From: Azolla caroliniana
Taxonomy: Eukaryota; Plantae; Polypodiophyta
Reading direction: 5' to 3'
Assembly (NCBI GenBank): GCA_043228905.1
Contig: JBHGNT010000001.1
Span: forward strand, 11,594,001-11,658,000
DNA length: 64,000 bases
Shown here: in pieces, positions 28,001 through 38,515 of the stretch
Numbering within the stretch: the stretch's first letter is position 1
How the letters are laid out: each line of letters opens with the position of its first letter
Notes under the pieces: generated by a model
Databases searched by the model: none
What the model was told of the DNA's origin: nothing
What the model saw: the letters and a program-made list of their open reading frames with translations, nothing else
Translations under genes and position numbers: made by a program

Positions 28001-28534
28001 GGGTAATCCTTATGTTTCACCTCAACCGTTTTCTCCTCTTGCGTACTACCTTTGTTGAGTTTGGTAGTAGCCACAGATGACTTGGATCCTCCTTCCCCCG
28101 TTGAGTCAAATAAAATCTTTTTACTCGTGTCCTTGATGAAGGAGCCAGATTCTCGTTTTGTCGAAGATCGAATCTTCAATCTAAATGAAGTAACTTTTTG
28201 TCTGGGTTCACTGAAATTAAAAACGTTGGTGAAAACATAGAAACAACGTACAATTTTATCTAAATCACGCAAATTATCATCTAAATTACGTCAATTTTAT
28301 GGTCCCATGTGATAGTTTTTTATCGCAAAAACAACATTTTTTTCAACGCAAATCCGATGCAGTGCATCGGATTTGCGTTGAAGGTCCTGCCTTTCAGAAT
28401 TGCTTTCCAAGTTCGATGTACAAAATAAAATAAAATATCTATGTGTTGAGGAAAGGAATCTTTAAGGAATCTTTAGGAATCTTAAAAAATGTAAAGAATA
28501 TTACTAACCTGACGATTTTCTTTCCCTTGTTCAT
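25004..28534 (-). pseudogene. Spliced ParB/Srx-like domain plus beta-class N4-cytosine/N6-adenine DNA methyltransferase (about 968 aa). Exons: 28534-28509, 28210-26573, 26490-26352, 26283-25820, 25733-25444, 25353-25004. One in-frame TAA at 26420-26418.
   Basis: Motif IV-like LLIADIPYG is followed by HMHWIKTN, SAVEHF and NPYQKPQRLINRIIELFSNPDDWVLDLFSGTGTTTACA..CVALEKD (motifs X/I/II). The upstream ParB-like core is PFLVMVD..YYVIGGSHSAESRRQL. All five GT-AG introns are phase-consistent, giving 2907 nt in total. Confidence 0.88.
28342..28382. repeat. Perfect palindrome, 20-bp arms with a 1-nt spacer
   Basis: ttcaacgcaaatccgatgca-g-tgcatcggatttgcgttgaa. Confidence 0.95.
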
Positions 28535-28831
28535 GGTTCGTGCCAGAGGTAGTGCTGTCAACGATGTGCTTCTGAGTGCTCGAAAATTGGCCTGTGCTCT
28601 GAGCTCGATGGATTCTTTCACGTGATAATGAAAATGAAATTTCTAACCTCCTTATATAGAAGACTTTAGCATTCCTTTTAAAATAAAAAATAATTTTTAA
28701 TTATTTGTTTTTTAGGAAAATGTCGGAAAATAATATAGTTAATCTAAGTGTTCGGGTAGTTATATAGTTAGGCTTTAGCATTCCTTAATTTTCTCAAAAG
28801 AAGGTTTTAGAATATAGTTAGACTCCCTCAA
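28535..28831. promoter_or_regulatory. Putative bidirectional promoter between the methyltransferase and transposase genes
   Basis: About 300 bp of AT-rich sequence between divergent ATGs. It has a TATA-like tctatataagg on the - strand (about 28651-28661), tatagtta three times and ctttagcattcctt twice. Confidence 0.55.
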
Positions 28832-31473
28832 ATGTCTTCTTCTACAAGTAGAACATCTCTTTTTTCTATTGCCCCCTTTTCATTGTCAGACAACTCGTAT
28901 TTCTCAATAGAAGAGTACGACCACAAAAAACATTCGCGGCTTAAATAGAAAAGTGTGGCTCCTAGTACTTCGAATTCTCTGTTTTCAATTGATCCTATTG
29001 ATGGCCCTCTTCATGCAAGCTTACAAGCGGACGATTCTTCGTCGATAGATAACAATAGCATTACTAAACCTCTAGCATTTAAAAGAGTTCCTCGACAAGT
29101 TAGTGAAAAGAGATTTAATTTCTTATGTTCTGATCGTCAACTTCTATGCGACTTGAACAAATCGTGTTGTGCGAATCTCTGTCTATCAACTTATGGAAAG
29201 TCAAGGTTACGTGAAACACAACAAAAATACTTGTCGCTTAATGGGGAAGAGCAAGATACATTTCTTCTTTCGCATATGCAACTTAAATTGGATCACAAAG
29301 CAGGGCCTAATTCAACGCAAGTTGAATATTTCCTTGGACTAAATACCAAGTGTTGTCGAGCAGCTTTTAAAATCACTCATAGCATTGGAAATATGCGGCT
29401 GCAACGAGTTCAAGAGCGACTTCTGAAGGGCTCCTGGGTACAGTTCGATCAAAATGGTTCTGGATGTAAGGGTCAAATTGGGCAACAGACAATTAGGTGG
29501 ATGGAGGTATATTTTTCAAAACAGTGCGAAGTTATGCCAACGACAGGAAGACTTCATTTGTCAAATAACTTTACTCGAAGGGAAGTTTACCAATCGTACA
29601 AGGACGACATGTCTTCCGATGTTGAGCCTTACATACAGTACAGGCATTTTAATCGACTATGGAGGTTACAATTTAATAACGTGGTTATCCCATGAAAGGT
29701 GCGAATGGGAGTCTGCTCAATATGTGCGAGTTTAAAAAGTATGGCCAAGGGTGGAAAATCAGATGTAGAGATCAAGAATTACAAGAACCTGTTAAAAGAA
29801 CATCGTGAAAGTCAGGCATTGGAACGTACTAAGGCTATGCATCACCGACAAAAAGTGTTTCAATCTCCCGAAAAGTATATGTGCATGATTATTGACAGCA
29901 TGGATCAAAAGAAAACTTGTTTGCCGCATTTTCAAAGACTCCCCAAGGATATTGGAGATGAGTGTCTCGTGCAAATGCATCTAGTGGGTTGTTTGACATA
30001 TTGTCAAACTATAAGACCGCAAGTGTTCTTAACTTATCCCAATATCCACAATGACCCTAATCTTACTGTCACTGTAATGCACAGGGTATTGCAATCATGG
30101 TCAGGTATACTTCCGCCAGTTCTATATGTGCAACTAGACAACACAGCAAGAGAGAATAAGAACTCAACTGTCTTCGGCTATCTAAGCATGCTAGTAGAGA
30201 GGGGCATATTTAAAAAGATAAAGGTTAACTTCTTGTTGGTTGGTCATACCCATGATCACATAGATCAAATGTTCAGTAGGTTCTCAAAGAAACTTGCTCG
30301 CTGTAATGCTTTCACACTTCCCACACTATCCAAATTGATTAGTGAAGCATATACACCAAAGCCTGAAGTACAACACTTGGAAGAAGTATACGACTTTAAA
30401 CGTTTCTGCATGGATAGTGATGGGACTAAAGGTAGGGTGCTTGCACCTCTTAATAATATAAGTTTCAACCATGTCTTCCTCATAAAACAAAGATCAGCCC
30501 ACCTCAAGATGATGGTGTTGTTTGCGAAACAATACTCATCTAGTGCACAATGGGAGCCCCAAGAAGGTTGTAGGCTCCTTCTTCATATCCCAGATGAACC
30601 TCTACATGGTGCACAACAAATGCCATATGATGATCGTAAAAATGTAGCACCAAATAGTACTATTGATGAACAAAGGGCATATTGGTTGAGATGTCTAGCA
30701 GAGAAACAAAATAATATTGATCGGACTAAGAAGTATGCCGGTGATGAGGATGTTGAATGGTGGGAGATTTTCTTCACCCATCAACGCACCATTTTAGATA
30801 ATTACATCGCCGGTTTATGGCCAATCCGTATCCCATTCACATGGAAATTGGGATGACATCAACGATATCGCAGACTCATCACCAACAATCGAATAATATG
30901 GAGCTTCATGATTTAGTTCGGCCACTGCAAAGAGATATTTATGTGGGACCAAGAAAGTCACGTACTGTTGAGGCAAGATGGCAAGGTAATTTGCAAGAAC
31001 TACAAGTGGGAATGTTGGTTGCAACATTAGCAGGGGACGATACCTTGGGCCATCCATTTTGGATTGCAAAAATTATTGAATTAGTAAGGGATAAAGAAAG
31101 TAGTCAGACAAAGTCAATAGTAGTCCACTGGTATCAGACAAATTCACCTGATGCATTTACAGGAAAGTATTCTTTAGAGATGGTTAAGGATGTCGGATGT
31201 TCAAGCAGAAAGAGAAGAAGAAAGAATATACCGAGCACGACTACTCTCGCACTAGACCGTGTTGACATACTAGTATATGACTTCTCATTGACAAAATCAG
31301 GTCATCTAAGACAAGCAACTATCAAGATAATAAAGGAGAAAATCCCAAACATGGTGTCAAACGAAATACAGAGAACAACCAGAAGAAATTCTCATAACCA
31401 CAAAGATGTTGGGTTGGTATTGGATGAGGATAATGCTTTGATTGCCATTGATGATGAGGATGAGACGTCATAA
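28832..31473 (+). pseudogene. Sola-like/DUF7869-type DDD transposase with a C-terminal beta-barrel domain. Disrupted by TAG 28946, TGA 29693 and a frameshift near 30850.
   Basis: Cys-rich N-terminus (CCANLC, CCRAAF), then CSIC..HRESQALER. Catalytic-type motifs are IIDSMDQKKT, LYVQLDNTARENKN and FLLVGHTHDHIDQMFS. The C-terminus has GMLVATLAGDDTLGHPFWIAKI..IVVHWY. Confidence 0.85.
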
Positions 31474-31793
31474 TGCTCTTCTAGTCCATCAGACATGTCT
31501 TAACATTTTGGTTTGGTTCAAGCTGGGGATTGTTTTACTACATGATCGGAAACTTTGTAAATTTGTTTTGGATGTAAACTCACGAATATGTATAATTGTA
31601 ACTGGTAGACATGTTGTACATTATTTTGTAATTTTGGTGATGTATTTTTGGAGGCATTTTACTTATGCCTCAAAGTGGTAGTCATGTTGAAATTCAATAT
31701 ATTTTGCCACCTTTTCTGAAAATCTTTACGCATGTGTCGTGTCTTTTTGAAAACTGCGTGCTTTTGTGCCCTTTTTCGACGTAGTGTTCTCAT

Positions 31794-31830
31794 AATGCGA
31801 CATATTACCTGTTTCAAATGACCCGGTGTT
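31794..31830 (-). repeat. Right terminal inverted repeat
   Basis: The reverse complement reads aacaccgggtcatttgaaacaggtaatatgtcgcatt. Confidence 0.95.
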
Positions 31831-32116
31831 GTTAGTAGAAAAAGTGTGTACAATACAATGAATCAGATAATTTCAAGTGGTGAAGGACCTAGTTTACTAA
31901 AGCTAACAACAAGATGTAAGCCAATGACACCCATAACATCAGAAATCAAGGATATAATCAACATATTTTGGACTAATGGGAGTAGGGTTTCACCCAATAA
32001 GAAGGATTTATGCAGGAAACATGTTGGAAGGAGTCAATACGAGGAGCATCCCATTCATCTTCTTGATGTACCTAAGGTATTTACATTTATCTCAACTTAA
32101 GTTTTGATTTTTGAGC

Positions 32117-33691
32117 TTAGTTAGTTAGCTAATTAGCTACCTCAGAATATGACCATAGCTAACTAGCTCCAGGAAATAGCTAAATAGCTATTGCCAATAG
32201 TAAACCTAGCTATTCTCCGCTAATTAACTACCACAATAGCTAATTAGCTACCTCTGAATATGACCATGGCTAACTAGCTACTAGCTAAATAGCTATTGCC
32301 AATAGTAGACTTAGCTATTATTAGCTAATTAGCTATCACAATAGTTAATTAGCTACCTTAGAATATGATCATAGCTAACTAGCTACTAGTAATGGCTAAA
32401 TAGCGATTGCCAATAGCTAAGCTATTATCATCTAATTAGCTACCACAATAGCTTGGAATTAACTACCTCAGAATATGACCATAGCTAACTAGATACTGGT
32501 AATAGCTAAATACCGATTGCCAATACCTAACTTAGCTATTATCAACTAATTAACTACCACAATAGCTAATTAGCTACCTCGGAATATGACCGTAGCTAAT
32601 TAGCTACCTCAGAATATGACCATAGCTAACTAGCTACTAGTAATAGCTAAATAGCTATTGTGAATAGTAAACTTGGCTATTATCAGCGAATTAGCTACCA
32701 CAATAGCTAATTAGCTATCTCACATTATGACCATAGGTAACTAGCTACTGGTAATAGCTAAATAGCGATTGCCAATAGCTAATTACCTACCACAATAGCT
32801 AATTAGCTACCTCAGAATATGTGTTCAAAAACAAGTCCCTCCGGATGGGAAGAGAAGGAACCGAATCGGATGGCCTCGTCCGAAGATCGAAATCGAGAAC
32901 TGAAATCGATTCAATAGCCGATTCGGAAATACTATAATTGTAAATAGTTAGAATGTGCCCCTTGTGGGCTATATTTGTAAATAGCCTGAAAGTTGTTCTA
33001 GTATATAAGCAACTACGGCTAACTTTATAGATATGTAGTAGTTAATCTTTGTTATATAGTTACGTATGAGGTAGTTGTTTATGTAACTGTGAGAGTGAGA
33101 GAGTGAGTGAGAGTGGTAACTCAACAACCGTCTGTTAGACGAAGAAGATCTTGAGGCCGTTGCCTCCGAGCTTCTTATTTGTACTCCTCATTATTAGTGA
33201 TTTGTTTCTCAGGGTTTGTGGACCCCCGTGGTTTTTTCCCTTTTGGGTTTTCCAAGTTAAACTCTGTGTCTCTGTACTTGTTTTTTCTGTCTTCATGCTT
33301 TCTGTTTGTGCACTGTTTATACCGATTATTTGCACTGGAATACGGAAGTGGAACAAGTTGTGGCTGGTTGATTCTTAATACTATGACCATAACTAAGTAG
33401 CTACTAGTAATAGCTAATTAGTTATTGCCAATAGTAAACTTAGCTATTATCAGCTAATTAGTTACCACAATAGCTAATTAGCTATCTCAGAATATGACCA
33501 TAGGTAACTAGCTACTGGTAATAATGATTGCCAACAGCTAATTAGCTACCTCAGAATACGATTTTAGCTAACTAGCTATTGGTAATAGCTAATTAGCTAT
33601 TGCCAATAGTAAACTTAGCTATTATCAGCTAATTAGCCACCACAATAGCTAATTAGCTATTTCACAATATGACCATAACTAACTAGCTATT
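32117..33691. repeat. TAGCTA-rich tandem array (unit about 100-110 bp), split by a solo LTR
   Basis: The unit aattagctacctcagaatatgaccatagctaactagctac..aatagctaaatagctattgccaatagtaaacttagctatt..ccacaatagct repeats over 32117-32821 and 33381-33691. Confidence 0.95.
32822..33380 (+). mobile_element. Solo LTR
   Basis: Begins TGTT and ends AATA (degenerate AACA). Flanked by atatg/ctatg, and removal restores the repeat unit gaatatgaccat. Has a TATA box (gtatataag) and a cccgtggtttttccc..gggttttcca motif. Confidence 0.8.
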
Positions 33692-35241
33692 GGTACACAC
33701 CACAGTATTAAAAATAATTAACTTAGTATTATAATTTTTCTTCGACCTTCCTTTTGATTTAAGCAACTCATTTTTGGCACTTGTACGAACACCTTTTTCA
33801 GTCTCACCATTGCTTTGTATAAACTTGCAACCTTTTTCAATGACTTTCCAAATATCTCGTGAGTACAATATTTCCAAGAGAGTTACTTATCTTTATTGGC
33901 TTTTGCTAGTTTTGCTACTTGTCATGGCATCTTTGAATCTTCAATTTATATCAAAATCATTATCAATATTCACATGTACAATTACAGCCTCTAATATGGT
34001 TTTTCTTTAAATAATTAATTTTTAAACCATCATATAAAATGAAATGATTTTAGGATTTACTATAACACATTATCTATCAACCAAAGATAAGTCAAACATT
34101 TTACTATATTGTCTAATAATAAGATGCTTGACGACTCATGATCACCTTGGACCTTGATGACCATGATTCAAGAATGTAAAGCTAAAGCATGCTATTTGAT
34201 CAATTTCAATGTAAAAAATCGCATAGCAATTGGGCTTTATTTCCATTACTTTATTTTATTGTCCATGTCAAATATGGGCATAAGAAAGCCTCATTGAATA
34301 GATCTCACATATGTTATGGATAGGTGGTGAAATGAGATTTGAGGCTAGTTTGATTTTGTTTATGCTATCTATTTCTATCCACGTAACTTATTAGATTGTA
34401 TTGTTTCTTGTATCATCTCATTGAAATGTGTTTTTTTATGAGATTCCATCCTTGAAGAGTTCTTTTCCTAGTGCGAAATAGGACCGACCAATGGTTTATC
34501 GTGGTAAGTTGAGGAGAGATGAGAAAATGATGGAATTAGTGGGATGTAGTTTTCTTGATTTAGATTGGAGAAGAATCCTTTCTTTAAAACCAAATGCAAA
34601 ACTAGATGTTCAGTTTCTCTCTCTAGATAGGTAGATTGTATGATATAACTTGAAAGTCACTCTATGATCATATGATCTATATCAACCTTTTGATTGTGGA
34701 ATTGAGAAATCCTAAAACTAATGGAAATGGGAAAAAGGCATTGTTAGCTTTGAGGTTGAAATAGAGTTGAGCAAAAGGGGAGAGGTTGGTGGTCCTTTCC
34801 ACTTCTACCATAGAGTGAGCATATCCAACGTAAAGATATCTGGTTTGTTGAGCAAATAAAGTTTCTTTGTAGTACGAGACATAGTTTGTATAGTAAAAAT
34901 TATTTGACCTAGAAGTTTACGACAAAATGCTCATATGAGGTACCATTTGATAAAACTCATAACATTCTAAGGTGTATATATATCTCTAAGTTATCATGTT
35001 GAAAAGTCAATGGGGTAATCTCGTAAGGACTCAACAAAATTGAGCTTCTCAAAATAAGATTTGGGCACTAGTGATGAATTATGAAGATTGTTACAATTCT
35101 AAGTAGATGGAAGAACATGTATTAGGAGGTGTTGTATATAAATCCCTTGTATGCATAGACATATATGTTCATATAAGTATTTTAAAGTGACTAAATTAGC
35201 TCATTTTCAATGTTTAAAAGAAAGATGATCTATGTCGTGTT

Positions 35242-35643
35242 TAGAGATCGGCAACGGTTTAGTTTAGGCTTAGCCAGTTTGGCCTTATCCAAGCCAAACT
35301 AGTTAAGCCTAAACCGTTTAGGGGTTTTCAAACCTGAATCGATCCCTAAACCGGTCTAGGCTAAACCAGTTTGTGAACCGGCTTGGAAACCGGTTTGGGA
35401 GAAAACGACAATACTATTACAATGAGTATTCAACTTCATACCATAATTCTATTACAATTTATATTGAACTTCATAATTTTCTTACAATTAAATCACTTAA
35501 ACGGCTTAACGGGTTTGGTGAGGGTCAAGCCGAGCTCAAACCGTTAAGGCAGGCCCAAGCCTAAGCCGAGCCGAGCCGAGCTAAGCCGTTAAGCCGCTTT
35601 AGCCAAACGGTTTAGGCTTGAGGCAAGTCGTTGCCAATCCCTT
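35242..35643. mobile_element. hAT-type MITE
   Basis: 8-bp TSD gtcgtgtt (35234-35241 and 35644-35651). TIRs tagagatcggcaacg / cgttgccaatccctt. Subterminal aaccg/agccg repeats. Confidence 0.88.
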
Positions 35644-37697
35644 GTCGTGTTCAAAATTAATCTTTTGCATTTGGAAACAAGTGCTTGACTCTCTTTTATA
35701 GTGAGAGTTGAACTTATGGCCATTCTTTTCACTAATGCTCATTTATTGGTGGGAAATGTTGATGTACAAATTTTAGAAATTATTGTTTGCAACAAATCCT
35801 TTGGCCAATCAATAAGAGGTGCATAGTATATAGACAAGCCATCAATATTGATTGCAATGACTTTCTAATAAGTCAACTTTTGTGCTAATTCGTTGCAAAA
35901 CCCATCGAACTATTTTTTTGCAATCCGGTTTCTTAACAAATATGTTTTCTTAACTCATTTGGGCTGATTATATGCCCTAGCCCTTTGTGCATATCAATTA
36001 CATACATATGGGTAAGAAATTTGACTTAGTGACATTTACACAACCCAACAACAGCATACAACCCAAGAGCATCTATTATTGTTCGCATATATTGGGAATC
36101 ATAACACAACGTAAAGGAACCACCATTCATACATGCATGACCCACAAAATCTCTTTTGTTGGGAAAATGTCATGAGACTATCCATATATAATACACTAAT
36201 GGGACAGCCATGTCTAACTAGGTTAAGCAATGTTAACGAATTAGTGAATTCACCATCCAATAAATAAAATTGGACATTTTAGGGCCAAAAATCCCATGTG
36301 TTTGTTGTCGCTTTCGTGAAACTCCATTGTATGGTATCAAATTCTTTCTTGATAAGAATGGGTTGGACATGAGATAAGAAGACACTTCTTGCATGTCCTA
36401 AAGCATTTGCCTTAGCTGAAGTTGGATGAAATAATACAAGAAAAGTTGTGACATTGACACATTGTCTGGCTACCTTTAACTAGTTTTGTGACCAATTGCA
36501 ATTCCTCAACTTGATGCATATAATAAATTCTTTCTAGTGCATGGAGTGCAATATTATTGAAAGATATTTGAACATATAACCCCTCACATCAAGCATATAC
36601 TTTCGAGAAAAACCAAAAAGATTGGTACTCTATGTTATTGAAAATGTTGCATGGGTGCATGAAAAGCCCGAATGCAAATGCAATAATTGGTCGCAATTTA
36701 AAATACGATGGCATGCTTGTTAAACATCTTGCTCATTTTTATAATGAAACAATGACCAATTATCTGATCTACTCTAGATTCATGGAAGAAAAATAATTAA
36801 CGGTTTGATTGGCATCACTCAATCATTATTATGGATAATAATGATCTCCTAGTTAATGAAGCTCGTAATAAACACATCCTCTAGTTCCAATAATTGAATG
36901 TATTTTTATTTTTCCAAAAAATGAATGTAATTTTTGTATAAGAAAGGTAAAGGAATTTGAACATAATGAACGGATAACATACAAATCCTCATAATACATT
37001 AGCCAATGTTAATGCCTATGAGTGCATATTCTCAGCATATGACACTATGAGTATCATCATCATTCTTGAATTTGTGAGTGATGTATAAATAGAAGCCTTC
37101 AAACCAAATCATTGGTGACAAAAATTGACAAAATATGAAAAACAACAAGCACATAGAATAACGAAAGTAGTAATTGGTCAACACAATATTGTCTTATGCA
37201 TATTAACATTGGCTAGGATTTCTTTGCGGTGCCCACATTTATCCGATTAGGTTTTTGGAACTCTTAAACCAGAGTGTACTACAAAGGCTACAAAGAAATT
37301 GACTTTTGTATGGATTTTATCGCAATCTCCTTTAGTATCCCCCAAACATGTCTTGTTTTCCAAGCACAATTTGACTTCTTAAAATGTCTCCTTGAACATT
37401 GAAATCTGTTTATGTTTGTCCCAAACATGTCATGTGTCTTTTTCCAATGACAAATCAAATACGGAAAACGTTAGCTTGAACAGTGGACCTTTCACATTTC
37501 GGTTAGAGGTTAGACTCCATATAATGGATTAACCTATAATCTCAACTCCATGAGTTTAACATTTTTTTCCCCAAAGAAATGAGGACATAGAATGATCTAA
37601 AGTTTTTGAAGTTCAATGTATGGTTTCACACCAAATACATGGGCTTCACATGGAGTTTGTAAAGTAGAACACACGACTCTAAAACATGGTTCACGAG

Positions 37698-37743
<46 letters not shown>

Positions 37744-38184
37744 GTGCAATATATTATATTTGGGGGAGGGGGATGTAGCATGTGTGAATCGTGAATTGTT
37801 TTGGGCTTTTTCCCTCTTCTCTTTGCATATCTTTTCAAATCTCTTTCCAAGCAAGACTTTGAAAATTAAGTTTGAATTCATACTTGGGAAATTGTTTTTG
37901 AAGAATTCCCATCTCTGAGACTTCCTAAGACAAATTAACATGTTTTTCGTGACTATCATCTTGTTAGTGATATTTCACTTTCTTGATACCCATTTTCCCT
38001 TTAGAGCAAAAATTTGATAAATGTAGTGCTTGGTCCAATTGTCAAGGATGCTCCAACATTCTTTGCTTAAACTTTGATATTTTTGTTAGTGATTATTGAA
38101 ATTGTTCAGAATTCATAATTTAACAAAATCCCATATGACATGAGTATAACAAATAATAGGAAAACACTTGAAAACTTGAAGAGT

Positions 38185-38515
38185 GTTAGTAGCTATGGCC
38201 CTTGGTTTGGCAAATTGGCACAAACTGAATTGAACAGAACCCTTAAGGCATGGTTTAACTGTTTGCTTTGGTTCAAATTAACAATTTGGTTTGGTTTCAA
38301 TTATCAAATGGTTTTGTTTAGTATGGTTTAATGGTTTTCAATTTTTAAGTGGGTTCAGTTAACTTTTTTTAATTTCCCTAATGGTTTATTTATGTTTAAT
38401 AATTTAATTAATTTTAACTTAAAAACTTTTTTACTTTGATGTCTTTTTTGTTTAATTAATGAGTTAAATGGTTTGGTTTGGTTTGTATTGTGTATTGGTT
38501 TCAAGGCCTTGAAGT
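38185..38515. mobile_element. Possible decayed MITE (ggtttggttt-rich)
   Basis: Clustered ggttt motifs flank an AT-rich core. No clear TSD. Confidence 0.35.

Larger units (their letters stand above)
24241..31830. mobile_element. Full-length 7,590-bp TIR DNA transposon (Sola-like) carrying a transposase and a ParB-like/DNA methyltransferase cargo gene
   Basis: TIRs at 24241-24277 and 31794-31830 (35/37 identical). 4-bp TSD GTTA at 24237-24240 and 31831-31834. Excision restores an open reading frame. Confidence 0.95.
23778..32076 (+). pseudogene. Interrupted N-terminal part of a transposase-like gene (pieces 23778-24240 and 31835-32076)
   Basis: The rejoined reading is ...LSKVIGV|SRKSVYNTMNQIISSGEG...FWTNGSRVSPNKKDLCRKHVGRSQYEEHPIHLLDVPK. 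It is followed by a donor-like AAG|GTATT. No catalytic core is visible. Confidence 0.65.
22765..33691 (+). mobile_element. Older, defective DNA transposon (Sola2-like by motif) with TAGCTA-rich end regions. It hosts the 24241-31830 insertion and a solo LTR. Ends approximate.
   Basis: TAGCTA repeats begin where the copia frame breaks (about 22775) and recur at 32117-33691. ORF 23778-24240 joins in frame to 31835-32076 across the empty site and contains FWTNGSRVSPNKKD. No matching right TIR was found. Confidence 0.55.

Noticed and set aside
25004-28534. Bacterial contamination as the source of the methyltransferase
   Set aside because: The gene has five phase-consistent GT-AG introns and lies inside a TIR/TSD-bounded element in plant DNA.
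32117-33691. TAGCTA/AGCT arrays as the recognition sites of the methyltransferase
   Set aside because: The arrays lie outside the TIRs and belong to the older host element. Nothing in the sequence links them to the enzyme.
33683-34010. Possible continuation of the copia element (SRDIWKVIEKG resembles a gag N-terminus)
   Set aside because: The similarity is too short, and no TSD or integrase continuation was found.
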